DNA from: Tubulanus polymorphus
Taxonomy: Eukaryota > Animalia > Nemertea
Reading direction: 5' to 3'
DNA: 64,000 nt
NCBI RefSeq assembly: GCF_964204645.1
Contig: NC_134028.1
Coordinates: 2,046,001 to 2,110,000 of the forward strand
The position numbers and the translations under genes were made by a program. The notes under the pieces were generated by a model, which saw only the letters and a list, made by a program, of their open reading frames with translations, did no database searches and was not told the origin of the DNA. Positions 9,982 through 21,125 of this stretch are shown piece by piece (within the stretch, counting starts at the first letter, position 1; each line of letters starts with the position of its first letter).

Positions 9982-12900
9982 ATGGAGTTTCTGACGGAGA
10001 GTAACCCCGTGTTAATGGCAGGGGCAGTTCTTGTCATCTTTTTCGGTTACATCCTAACTCGTAAAAAGAGGAACTACGACCTAGAAGCGAGACTCGCTAA
10101 CCAATCGTTTGAACTGAAGGTAAACTATTTATACGATAAGAATATTTATATTCGGAAGTAGATATCCTTTTACGATCGAGTTGTTGATTTCGATTTCAGG
10201 CAATAAACCGAAAAATGACACAATGTTTAAGTAGTATTTCTTAATTGGAAATATCGGAATTGCTCTGGGAATGAACAAGGCTTTTCTGAAAATTCATCCA
10301 ATGCCCGCCTACCACTAGATTTATTTGAAATTGCTTGGGCTATAAGTATATATTTGAATGGCTGACAATATGATCGAAAAATAATTTTCTGTGCGTTCTT
10401 TTTCACCCATGCAAAATAAGTCCTCGGCCCAATTTATATATATTTTGTACTGAATATTTGGTCTAAGAATTTAATATGCCAGTACATGCGTCGTACATAT
10501 AAACATTTTGTGTCAATGTATTTAAATCAGGTTTTCATATACGTGTATAAGCAATAACTGCAAATACAGACAATGACATGTCTACATTTGTAGTTGACAC
10601 CAGTACTTAGGTTCGTGATATACTTACTATACGATATTACGTGAAACAGGTCAACTTCATTACTATTCGGAACACAATAAAGGCGTAGTATGTATATAGT
10701 GTTTTTCTTCGGTCTATTATTCGCGCGCGTTCATTTATTCATTAATTTTTTTTCAGGGCAACGAGCCCGCACGCCTGAGCGCGTTATGCAAGAACGGCAA
10801 AATAGTCAGCGAATATCACGAGGAAGTTCGTACGATTTACGATGCTGTTTTACGCGGCTTGAGATTTTCAGGTCAGCAGCCAATCGCGGTCTTTCCGCGT
10901 TGATTTTGCACATATTTAAACCATCTAATCATCGATCGAAACAGTGATTCGATTGTTTACAACATTAGTACATTAGTAACAACAACTTAAGGAGCTTATT
11001 TATTTGATAATTGACCGCGCTAGATATTGTATGGTCAAAGTTTCACATTGCCTCACCTAACAATGCGCCAATTCTCAATCTTGAATAGTCTATTTGTGAC
11101 CACGTTATTCAATATCAACATGATTTGTTATTGAAATAAATAATTCCAGTTTAAACCATATTAGTTGTTTGATGACTTAACTCTTAAACAAGTCCGTATA
11201 AACACAAAAACTTTCTAAGTTTGATTATGGAATTCTGAATTTTGTAAAGCTCGAAAACGGTTAAGTAATCCTTGCAACTACTTATTGTTAATTCTTCGTT
11301 TTGCCAAAACTACTTTCTTAATGAACGAGAAGGTATTATGGAAAAAATCGAAAATTATCATTTTACTTTACGCTACAGCGGACCAACCGTTATTGGGAGT
11401 GCGACATCCTGATGGCGGACCGTACAAGTGGACAACTCATCAACAGGTAAAACGTCAAAACAAAAAGTTTCCTATTTCCAGTGTAAAAACAATGATGGGC
11501 ATTGCCAGCAATAATCGATTTCGTTGTATTTTGCAGACGTACGATCGATCATGGGATTTTGGATCTGGTTTATTGAAACTATGGCACCAACCCGGGCAGT
11601 CGACATTCATCGGGATATTCAGCGGTAACAGACCCGAGGTATTGTAATCTAATTCAGAAGGAACCCTTCCTGTATCCTTTCTGTTTATTTTCACGAATGT
11701 TATATTTCTATTATAGTGGATCTACACAGACGTAGCTTGTAATATATATTCATTCGTCAGCGTTCCTCTTTACGATACTCTTGGTTTAGAAGCCGTCATT
11801 CATATCATCAATCAAGGTATCTTAAGTTAAAGTTTAGATAATGATTATTTTTCGTACTATGCACCGTACCTTATTTATTGCACCGGGCACCTTGCCACAG
11901 CACTTGTGGCTGTGAACAGCTTTTAAAGCTTGCGTGGTGTCCCTCTCCATATTGTCAACCAATTATATTTTTTAATATTCTGTTCATTAAAAATTTGTTT
12001 TTGTGGAGAAAATAAAACCATATCGAATCATTTTAGAAAATACTCGTTAAAATGTCCGCGTTGATGTTTTGTAGTTGGTCTCGAGACAATCGTTGTTGAC
12101 ACAGACGCCAGGGTAAACATTCTGAAGTCAATCGCAGACAAGGTTCCGACGTTAAAAAATCTCGTAGTTATCGACGAGAAGTCTGCTGCGGAATGCGAGG
12201 ACGATAGATTTGATATTCGTTCGTTCAAATCCGTCCAGGTAAGTGACATATCGGAGCCGTCGAAGCCATCTGCTACTGATAGTACATTTTGCACAATAAA
12301 TACCAACTAGTGTTGATATATATCATATAAACCAGCATATCTGGTGAAATTTATCAACAAAAATTATTGCGAATAATTTTCCTGAAAATATAGATGCTGA
12401 AAGAAATATTACAAATGAAAAGCTTAGAAAGCCGACGAAATTCCATGACCTACATAATGTTGCATATTCGTTGTAAGCGAATTAATAGTTTCTATAGTGA
12501 ATTAGTACATTAACCCAAAAACCTGAAATCTATTGAAAATCATCAATATGGTGGTTTTTCACTAGATTTTATCATTCGGTGAAATTGATCTATCATTCAA
12601 AACATCTGTGATGTTACATTTCAAGCAGATGTCTAATTGGCGTTTTCTCTAATCCCTGAATCGGTATCTAATTCGCTCTGAAATTAATTTGGAAAAATAT
12701 AGCTATCAATCATTGCATTTACAATCTGACATCACAAATTAAAGAAATGATGTAACAAATATAAAATACGTTTTCATTGATCATTATGATTTTTGTTTCA
12801 ATCAGGATCTAGGTTCAGCAAAACGGGTCGAACCAACGGTAAGTACTCAAATTCAAAAGTACTGTTGAATTCAATCCCCGACCACCTGAAACATGAAAAA

Positions 12901-15501
12901 CGTTTTAATCTTTCAGCCACCAAAACCATCCGATATGTACACGCTTTGCTATACTAGTGGAACAACAGGTGCGAGCGAGATCCGAGTGATAGTGTTCGGG
13001 ATTCAGCCTCTTAGTTGTTTCTCCAATATCTTAATGCTGTTTGTATTTCTGTTTCAGGTGACCCGAAAGGCGTTATTATCACTCACGAATATTTTCTACA
13101 ATTCGCCAGTGGAATTTTAAAACAACTCGAAGTGAGAATTCGTTTTCAATGTCCAGTCGTTTCTAAGCAATCAATGTGTCAAGGTCGCGTGTGTTGCCCC
13201 AGTCGTTTCTATCTAACGTGTCTGGATTTTTTTTTCGCAAACAGGGAAAAGCAGATTTTAACTCATCCGAAGTGCTCATTTCGTATCTGCCGTTACCGCA
13301 TATATTTGAACGAGCCAACGCGATTATTGTTCTGATGGTCGGAGCGCGAATGGGATTCTTCCGCGGTGACGTCCGAAAACTTATAGACGATATACAAGAA
13401 CTGAAACCTACTTACTTCCCAACCGTTCCGCGGTTGTTAAACAGACTCTACGATCAAGTAACTAAAACCTTATATTCATTTTTCACATTTTTTTACTTCG
13501 TTGTTTAGAATTCCCTGCGGTACCTAATCTTACGATTATTCTCAGGTTACAAGTGCCGTGAGGGGAAGCTACATAAAATCATCACTGCTCAAAATAGCTA
13601 TATCACAAAAGAAGGATATGCTGAAGAGGTATTGAAATATTGGCATTAAAAAAATGTATCGTCTGCTTCGATTTTTTTTGCGGTTTAGAAAATCATTTTA
13701 TTTGTATTGCAGAGGAATCACTACGCGATCATCAATTTGGGATCATCTCGTGTTCAGAAGTATTCAGGATAAACTCGGTGGGCGGCTTCGTTTTGTATTC
13801 ACTGGTTCAGCGCCGTTGTCTTCTCAGGTTCTAGATTTAATCCGATGCTCACTGGGCTGCTGGGTAAGCTTCAGTCTGTAGATCGATTCAATACACCGAT
13901 CATTAAGCGTATTCAGAATTTAGCTCGATTTAGTCGATGTTTATAGATAGTAAAAAAGATAATCTGTTTGCAGGTTTTGGAAGGTTACGGTCAAACAGAA
14001 CATCCGATCATCTCAATCACCTCACCGGAAGAGTTTGATTCGGGGCACGTTGGTCCACCAGTTCCATGTAACAAAGTTAAACTAGTTGACGTACCGGAAC
14101 TGAATTATTTTGCAAAGAATGGCGAAGGCGAGGTAATGATAAAGACATTGCGTAGAAATGGCAATCGATGGCCTTTCTTCAGTGTCTTGAAATAGAAACA
14201 TTTTATGATGATTTACCAATTGAATTTTATGCCATTGTTATCGAGATTTGATGGAATTGGGTTTGTTTAGATGTGTTCCTCTTCTCACGTAGATCTGTGC
14301 TAAGGCCACGCACCGATTTCCTGGATATTATAAGAACCCGGAGAAGACGGCGGAAGCTATCGACGCAGACGGCTGGATACATACCGGTGATATAGGACGG
14401 TGGTTACCGGTAATATTTACATGCCTACAGACGGACCTACGCCATGACTACACAATTGTCATCTTCGTGTACATTTTTCTTCTTCTTTATATTCAGAACG
14501 GGACTCTGAAGATAATCGATAGAAAGAAACAAATATTCAAACTTGCTCAGGTAGAAAATCGGTAGTAAAAACGAAATATTTCGAGCTTAGTGAAAAATAG
14601 GTTGATTAGAAAGATGTGTTTTCTAGGGTGAATATATCGCACCAGAGAAAATAGAAAATGTCTACATGGGAAGCAGATTTGTGCAACAGATATTTGTTGA
14701 TGGTGACAGTCTGCAGGTGGGTGAACAATTTGATCAGGGTTAAGTTCTTAGAACCTGGTGCTAGCAATTCTTTATATTTATCAAAGAACTGATAAAAAGG
14801 ACTGGCATTGACCGCACCTTATTCGACATGATCTTGTGTTTGATAGATTTAAGTGGATTCACAAAAAGCAATCGTATTCAAAAGTTTTGAGATATTTCGT
14901 TCCTGTGTTTCCCAGCAGTTCACTGGCATGTTTGGTAAGCCTGTGCAGTAATATATAACGTAATTTTATTTTTTATATAGACATGTATTGTAGCTATTAT
15001 TGTCCCTGATCCAGTGACGCTTTCAAAATGGGCGAAGAAACGGGGTCTTCCAACAGATATGGAAACGTTGTGCGCGAATCAGGTATACGGCATTCCTGAA
15101 TAATGTGGCACTTTAAACTTGCCCGTACTTGACCTTTCTTGTAAAGTAAAGACTCATGATCCATGTATTCTTTTTCAGGACTTGAAAAAAGAAGTTATGA
15201 CAGATCTGCAAAATCTTGGGAAAGTGGCTGGACTGAAGTCTTTCGAACAGGTATATAGTATAAGGCAACTGCTGTTGTTATGAAGACACAAACAAGTTTA
15301 TGATTGGATGTTGATGTTTTTCTTTACTAAAAAACCAACGATGTCTAAGAATGCCGTTGTTTTCAGGTGAAAAATATTGTGCTGAAGAGCGAACTTTTTA
15401 CGATTAAAGATGGTTTATTGACCGCCACGCTTAAAAACAAACGACCCGCCTTACGAAAGTTCTTCCAGACGGATACTTCTCAGCTATACAAAGAGCTATA
15501 G
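9982..15501 (+). CDS. ACSL1: Long-chain-fatty-acid--CoA ligase (ACSL1/5/6-like), ~673 aa, 19 coding exons
   Basis: Exons 9982-10119, 10757-10871, 11379-11446, 11537-11638, 11717-11816, 12075-12238, 12806-12838, 12917-12968, 13058-13131, 13245-13457, 13546-13628, 13713-13863, 13974-14132, 14293-14409, 14497-14550, 14627-14716, 14981-15082, 15179-15250, 15367-15501; all GT-AG with consistent phases. Motifs: N-terminal hydrophobic anchor, YTSGTTGDPKG (AMP-binding P-loop), [10 protein letters not shown] (gate), [47 protein letters not shown] (FACS signature). The symbol is a family-level call. Confidence 0.95.
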
Positions 15502-15623
15502 ATATCTTACAATCTTTCCATACGTTTTCTGAACCATCAATTATTAATATTCGATGTTCATTCGAAGCAATAATGTTATAAACGTCGTTCTTCGGCGACG
15601 TTTAAAATGCCCTGAAATTAATT

Positions 15624-15629
15624 AATAAA
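15624..15629 (+). terminator. Candidate polyadenylation signal for the ACSL gene
   Basis: AATAAA about 120 nt after the TAG stop. Confidence 0.4.
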
Positions 15630-16106
15630 TTAAGTCTGAAATTTTCAATCTAGCATTATATTCTTTTTGAAAAGAAGCGAAAATAACATCTGATCGCCAT
15701 GTATTGGTAAGGTAAGCCTATCGTTTACCGATATAAGGCTGTATAGGCTACAACCGTTGAGTAATTAAAATATTGATAATCGATGAGAAAACTGTAAATA
15801 TATTTTAGTTTCCGTGATCTCGCTATATATGTAAATGTAAATGAATAATTTCGTCAATTGATTCACAATTTTATTAAATATATATCGTGAAATTATTAGT
15901 TTTTTATGCTTAAAACAACGCTTTACAATAATTTATGAATCACATATTTAAGCCTATAATGCGATTTTCGTAAATCTACGAATTTTAGAAATTTTTGTAT
16001 ATGTCTTTTTGATGAATAAATTGAAGGATTTGGAAAATTTGGTAAATTCTTTCTTTTGCAAACGGCTATTAAATACTGACTTACGGGAATGGCGACAATC
16101 CATGTG

Positions 16107-16185
16107 GTCGGCATGGCCGAGCAGTCTAAGGCGCTGCGATCACAGTCGAGCTCTGTAGGTATCGGTTCGAATCCCACTTCTGACA
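16107..16185 (+). pseudogene. tRNA-Leu(CAG/CAA)-derived pseudogene or SINE head
   Basis: GTCGGCATGGCCGAGCAGTCTAAGGCGCTGCG...GGTTCGAATCCCACTTCTGACA closely follows metazoan tRNA-Leu (A box TGGCCGAG, B box GGTTCGAATCC). The anticodon arm (ctgcgatcacagtcgag) and T-stem (gtatcgg) are disrupted. Confidence 0.8.
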
Positions 16186-16432
16186 ATTTCAACTCTTAGC
16201 TACTTGGTAAACTCATCTGGCATCTTTTTACTTGAGATGCTTATTTCAGTCTGATCTGAATTCACGCGTAGTAAAGAAATCACCCGCAGTATATAGCCAT
16301 AATCAGGCGTACTGGGGCTACTTATCTTAGGCTGAATTATTGTAGGATTTCCCTTGTATATTTTACCTTACACGGATATTTTTGAGCGTATAAAATGTAT
16401 AAACATGTTCATAATCAAGTTGTCACTGTTAA

Positions 16433-17868
16433 AGGGTAACTGACACTTTTTAAAAGATTTTCTACTTTTTACACTAAACGATATGTTATAGTATACAATA
16501 AGGCTAGGTGATTTCATAATTGGACAAATCTTTTCAATCTAGTCAGAATTGATGATTTTGATGTTCGCGCACCTGTTCAGTGTATACATTGCTTCTGCTG
16601 AACGCGTGGTACTGTGTCTATTAATAGAACTACGTCACTAAAGTAACGGCTCGGAAATGATGTCTATAGAAATGAATAGGAAATAAGCTACAAGAGCAAT
16701 TCAACTTAATTTTATACCTATTTGGCATTCGAATTGAGACAAAATGCCTCTTGATTTTGAAAGTCTACATATTAATGATCATACTTAACTGTTGAATGGA
16801 CCATATCCGTTCCAACTAAGCGCAAAAATAGGATTTGAATAGCAATCCATGGCATTTTCTAGTAGACAGCAGGGAACACGGATGTTTAAATCATCGTTTT
16901 GTAATATCATTTAGTGATAGTAAGTAAGATCATGGTTAGATCTAAGAATATTTTGACTAATGAACTGATGATGAAACTTAGACAGAATTAGCCGCAAGAA
17001 TAATTTCAATTCTTTTCTTGAAATATACCTCGTATTGGTAGCGGCTTTGGTCACAAAATAAGAATATTTCCTCATCCATCCTATTTTAAAACTTAGAAAT
17101 AACATTTGTGAAAGATTTGTGATGTAATCTATCAAAACTCTTCTGCAGCGTGAAACTTTAATCGAAAAACATTATTCTTTGAATATTTGTTGTAAAGCTG
17201 TAGAAATTTATGAAAGTTTTTGTAGAGTTTTGAAGTGTTAGTTTTAAAACTAGGCCTACTTAGTCTTAAATGACTTTGAAAAATAGTAAACGAATATGAA
17301 TCTATTTATTCTTTAGCGAGATCGAAATCTATGATTACATAAGACACTGTAGTATGCTTGTGGTGCTGAACTATAGGTGAACTATGGAGCAGCAGTAACA
17401 GTGCTGAGAGCTTAGCATAGTGTACTTTAAAATAGCTTCATAGCAGCGGATTGAAATCTGCATCTTCAATTTGATCGATTTAGCCTATTCAAATTACTCA
17501 TTGATTCTTTGAAATAGGTTTATGCAATAGACAATAGATCCTTTTAACTCCCTGGCCAGTTTCAAAGCTGTAAAACAATCTGGCATTGAGATATAACAGA
17601 AAATACACGCAGTTTCCTCAAAATTCAACACATTTCTATAGACGCTATTTCTCAGCTCTGCCTGTAATGACGTTGCAGCGCGCACCTGCTGATTTAGCCG
17701 ACGCTGAACAGTAAGCGATGTAAACAACGAAATGAGGTCAAAAATCTTGTTACAAAATCACAAATTGCGCGTTAACTAAACATTTTGGAACAGAACGGTT
17801 GAAGATGAGTGTATAGATCAATAGAATACATCATATTTTGAAATAAAAAAAAAAGTGTCAGTTACCCT
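16433..17868. mobile_element. Non-autonomous DNA transposon, Kolobok-like (TTAA target-site duplication)
   Basis: Perfect TIRs AGGGTAACTGACACTTTTT ... AAAAAGTGTCAGTTACCCT, flanked by TTAA at 16429-16432 and 17869-17872. RR...YY termini with TTAA are typical of Kolobok, whereas piggyBac has CC..GG ends. No transposase ORF. Confidence 0.85.
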
Positions 17869-19639
17869 TTAACTTTGTCCTTATACTGTCTTTAAAAAAA
17901 GAAAACTTTCCATCGAATCAACCGGTTTCGGGAACGTTTATTGAGCCGGTTCTTCGATAAATATCTCGGCCTTTTAACGATCCAATTACCCCAGACAAAT
18001 AAATCTATTTGAATCAATCGGTTGGAAGCCATGAGACGATATTTATTGCAGCGATAGCTGTAATAAACAAGTCTTAAATACTTCAACGTTGAACCTTTAC
18101 TTTCATGAATCAAGTGCCTTTTGTGCAAGGTATGCGACCATAACACTCATATAAACACAGTAGCTTTAAACAAGGTAAATTAAGCAAAGAATACCTTTAA
18201 AAAGTCCCTTACATGATTCGATTTATTCGTGACTATGACTAAACAAACCGATAGTCTTTTTTCTGTCGATTCATTTTGCGAATGGCCATAAATTATGAGG
18301 AACGATGATCATTAAAAAACCATCCCAGGGTAAAAAATAAACTTGAAAAACAAATATGACAAGAATTCAATTCAATGAAATATTTCTTAAAAAATCATCG
18401 AATATTCATATTGTAGGTATGGAAATTGTTTTGAGTATCTACGAAAACTCTTTTTCGATAGATAAAACTGAAAGTGTATGAATATTGCATTATACAATAC
18501 TCCTTAACTTTCCGGATTGATTTACCTATAATTCGGAACACGTCTGAGATCTTTGTCCCCTGATGGTAATACAAAGAACACGATGAATTTCTCCTATCGA
18601 ACACTGAATAATGATTGTGAAAACGGCTACTGTACAATACTGAGACCCAGCAAACCCCAAACGTAGTCCAGATTCTCAAAACCAGTTTTATTGGCCGATT
18701 AAGGCGTTATTAGTACCCGTAATGGTATTGGCTATTAAAAGATTTCAACATCAAATAGTGTTATCCGTTTTCTGACGTGATAACCCTTTATGCAAAATAC
18801 GTGAAGAGTTGAAACTTTCTTATTTTCGTATAAACATTCATATTAAGAAAATGTAGAGCCATCGTGTTAATTTTGGATTCGCTTATTGGTCCACGAACCA
18901 ACTGCTGTTATTTCAGTCAAATGTCAACAAAAACTAAATGAAGTCAAGCCAGCTATAGTGATATCATACGACTTCTACGACAAGACATTTAAATGTATAT
19001 GATAATAATTTCCTTTTTCGCTTTGATAACAAAATCATTGATTATTGATAGTCTGTTGTTTTGTAAATGGTCGGGTGACTTTCTTCGAACCCTTGCCAGG
19101 AAAACCAGCAGGCAGTAGAAATAAAATCTTTTCCGCTACTGCGCTTAATCCGCGAATAATTAGTTCGCTTTAGCTGCGGTTGTGTTTAAATAGGACACTC
19201 TGTGTTAGTGTGCACTGTAAAACGATTTTCAGTATGTTACTGTTAACAGTCGTGTCAAGTTTGCAATGAGGTTTATGCATACATATTAAGGGTGTTTGTG
19301 TGTACCTAAACTCATTATCTGTCAAACTTTGACGCTTAGGAGTCACTTATACTCGAACTACTTTTACTTCTCCAACTTTTAAGGTAAGCAAATCTTTTTA
19401 ATAAGGTCAACGATAGTTATATAGAATATTGTTGTATCGTTGTGAATCTTGAAATCTCAACTTGTAGCATATGTGAACTAAACTGAAAACAAACATTGAA
19501 ACGATCTCTCTATCATTCTTGCTCTGGATACAAAAACATGAAAATGAGTTCATTTCAACAATTTGAATCAATTGATTCCAAATGATCGTTGGAACTGATG
19601 TTTATTTGCCTTTCGTCGACTGATTCATATACATATATC

Positions 19640-19807
19640 ACAGTAGAAGATTTCAGTAGAAGATGCGCCCAGATTTCTCCGAATGAATTAAAATCCGAAT
19701 TATGAATAATGGTTTACATGATTCCAAGCTAAATGTACCAAATATTTCATCCAAATTAAGCGAAAATCCGGGAAAAAGAAAGTCGGAATTAAGCGAGTTC
19801 TACTGTA
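19640..19807. mobile_element. Decayed Tc1/pogo-type MITE remnant
   Basis: The right end ggaattaagcgagttCTACTG|TA reads TA-CAGTAGAACTCGCTTAATTCC on the other strand, a typical TA-flanked CAGT terminus. The left end (cagtagaag) is degenerate. Confidence 0.35.
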
Positions 19808-21058
19808 AAAATACAATTGGAAAGTAGCCAAATTGTAGTGTTGTTGAAATGAAAAGTAAAACATGCTAAATCCAAGAAAATACAGAATTCAGGAATTTCT
19901 AAGGGGAAAAGCAAACTTACAGCGTACGAATTGAACTAATAATAAGTTATACACTAAACTGTTTGGATTATCACATTAAGTGAATTCTGAATATACATTT
20001 GACCGCTAATTTTCTGATCGTTTAGCAAATAATTTGGTATAAAAAATGAACGGATACACGAGACAAAATGAGTACGATCTGTCTTAATTATCCGTCGTTG
20101 ATGTCAGTTTTATCTCTGATGAGTAAATCATTGTTGCATTAGTCAATGGAATGAAATAACGTGGAGGTGGAAATACTATAGCATAACATCGACGAAATTG
20201 TAGGTCGATTAACCGACTAACTGAATATGGAAATACCAGGCCATATTCTCAATCGTCGTCATGATAAGAAATTACTGAGATAATCGAAACATAAGATTTG
20301 CGTTTCCGTCATAATCTATTTCTAGCTCAGAGAAGTTTCACTTTCGTAGAAACGATTTTTTTGTTAAGTTTCATACAAGTGTATATTTTGTCGGGTGGGA
20401 TTTATCGGTTACCCAAACTCCGTTACGTGAAACTTTGCGGAAAATCACGATAGCTGTTCATTCAGGCAAAAATATAAATTGTTGTACGCTAATGTCATAG
20501 TCTAATGGAGAATTTCCGTTGTGTAGAACATTTCAGTCTGACAAAATATGCCATATATTCAAAATGAAAGCTAATTCGACCGTGAATGAGTCTCTTTTAG
20601 CGATCACTCCAGACGCCGTGAAATCAGTCACAGTTCCGTAGTAAATTAAGTTTGTCTTGACAGCAAATGAAGTGTTTGATTGTTTCGTCCATGCCTCCAT
20701 GTCGCCATATTCCCGTCTTATAGCTCACACGCAATGAACCGATTGAAAACCGAAATCCGTTTTAACCGCTTAAAATGCATTTTCGTTGAGCTGTGCTTAA
20801 GAATGATTAATCTCCACATTAAAAACTTGTTCGTTTCAATCAGAGAAGTGGATAATTCGCTCGGAGCCAATAATCACCGAAAAATAAACCTACTTTGTCT
20901 GATAAAAGAACTGAAAGTCCTTTTCGTTCTAGGTCTGAACCTTCAGCAAACAATGATAAATCAGTCTGTGTTTCGTACTCAATGAATTTTTCATTTAGAT
21001 TTATTACAATACAACATCGTTCAACGGTTTGTGTAAAATTAGGATGACATTTACAGCT

Positions 21059-21125
21059 CCATCCATCCATCTAGGCGGGCAGGCGGGCAGGCGGGCAGGC
21101 GGACAGGGAGACAGGCGGACAGCCA
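21059..21125. repeat. Compound simple repeat (CCAT)3 + (AGGCGGGC/AGGCGGAC)n
   Basis: Directly visible tandem units. Confidence 0.75.

Noticed and set aside
16139-16144. TCA in the anticodon region, suggesting a Sec or opal-suppressor tRNA
   Set aside because: The body is clearly Leu-type rather than tRNA-Sec, and no 5-bp stem with a 7-nt loop centres TCA; decay explains it better.
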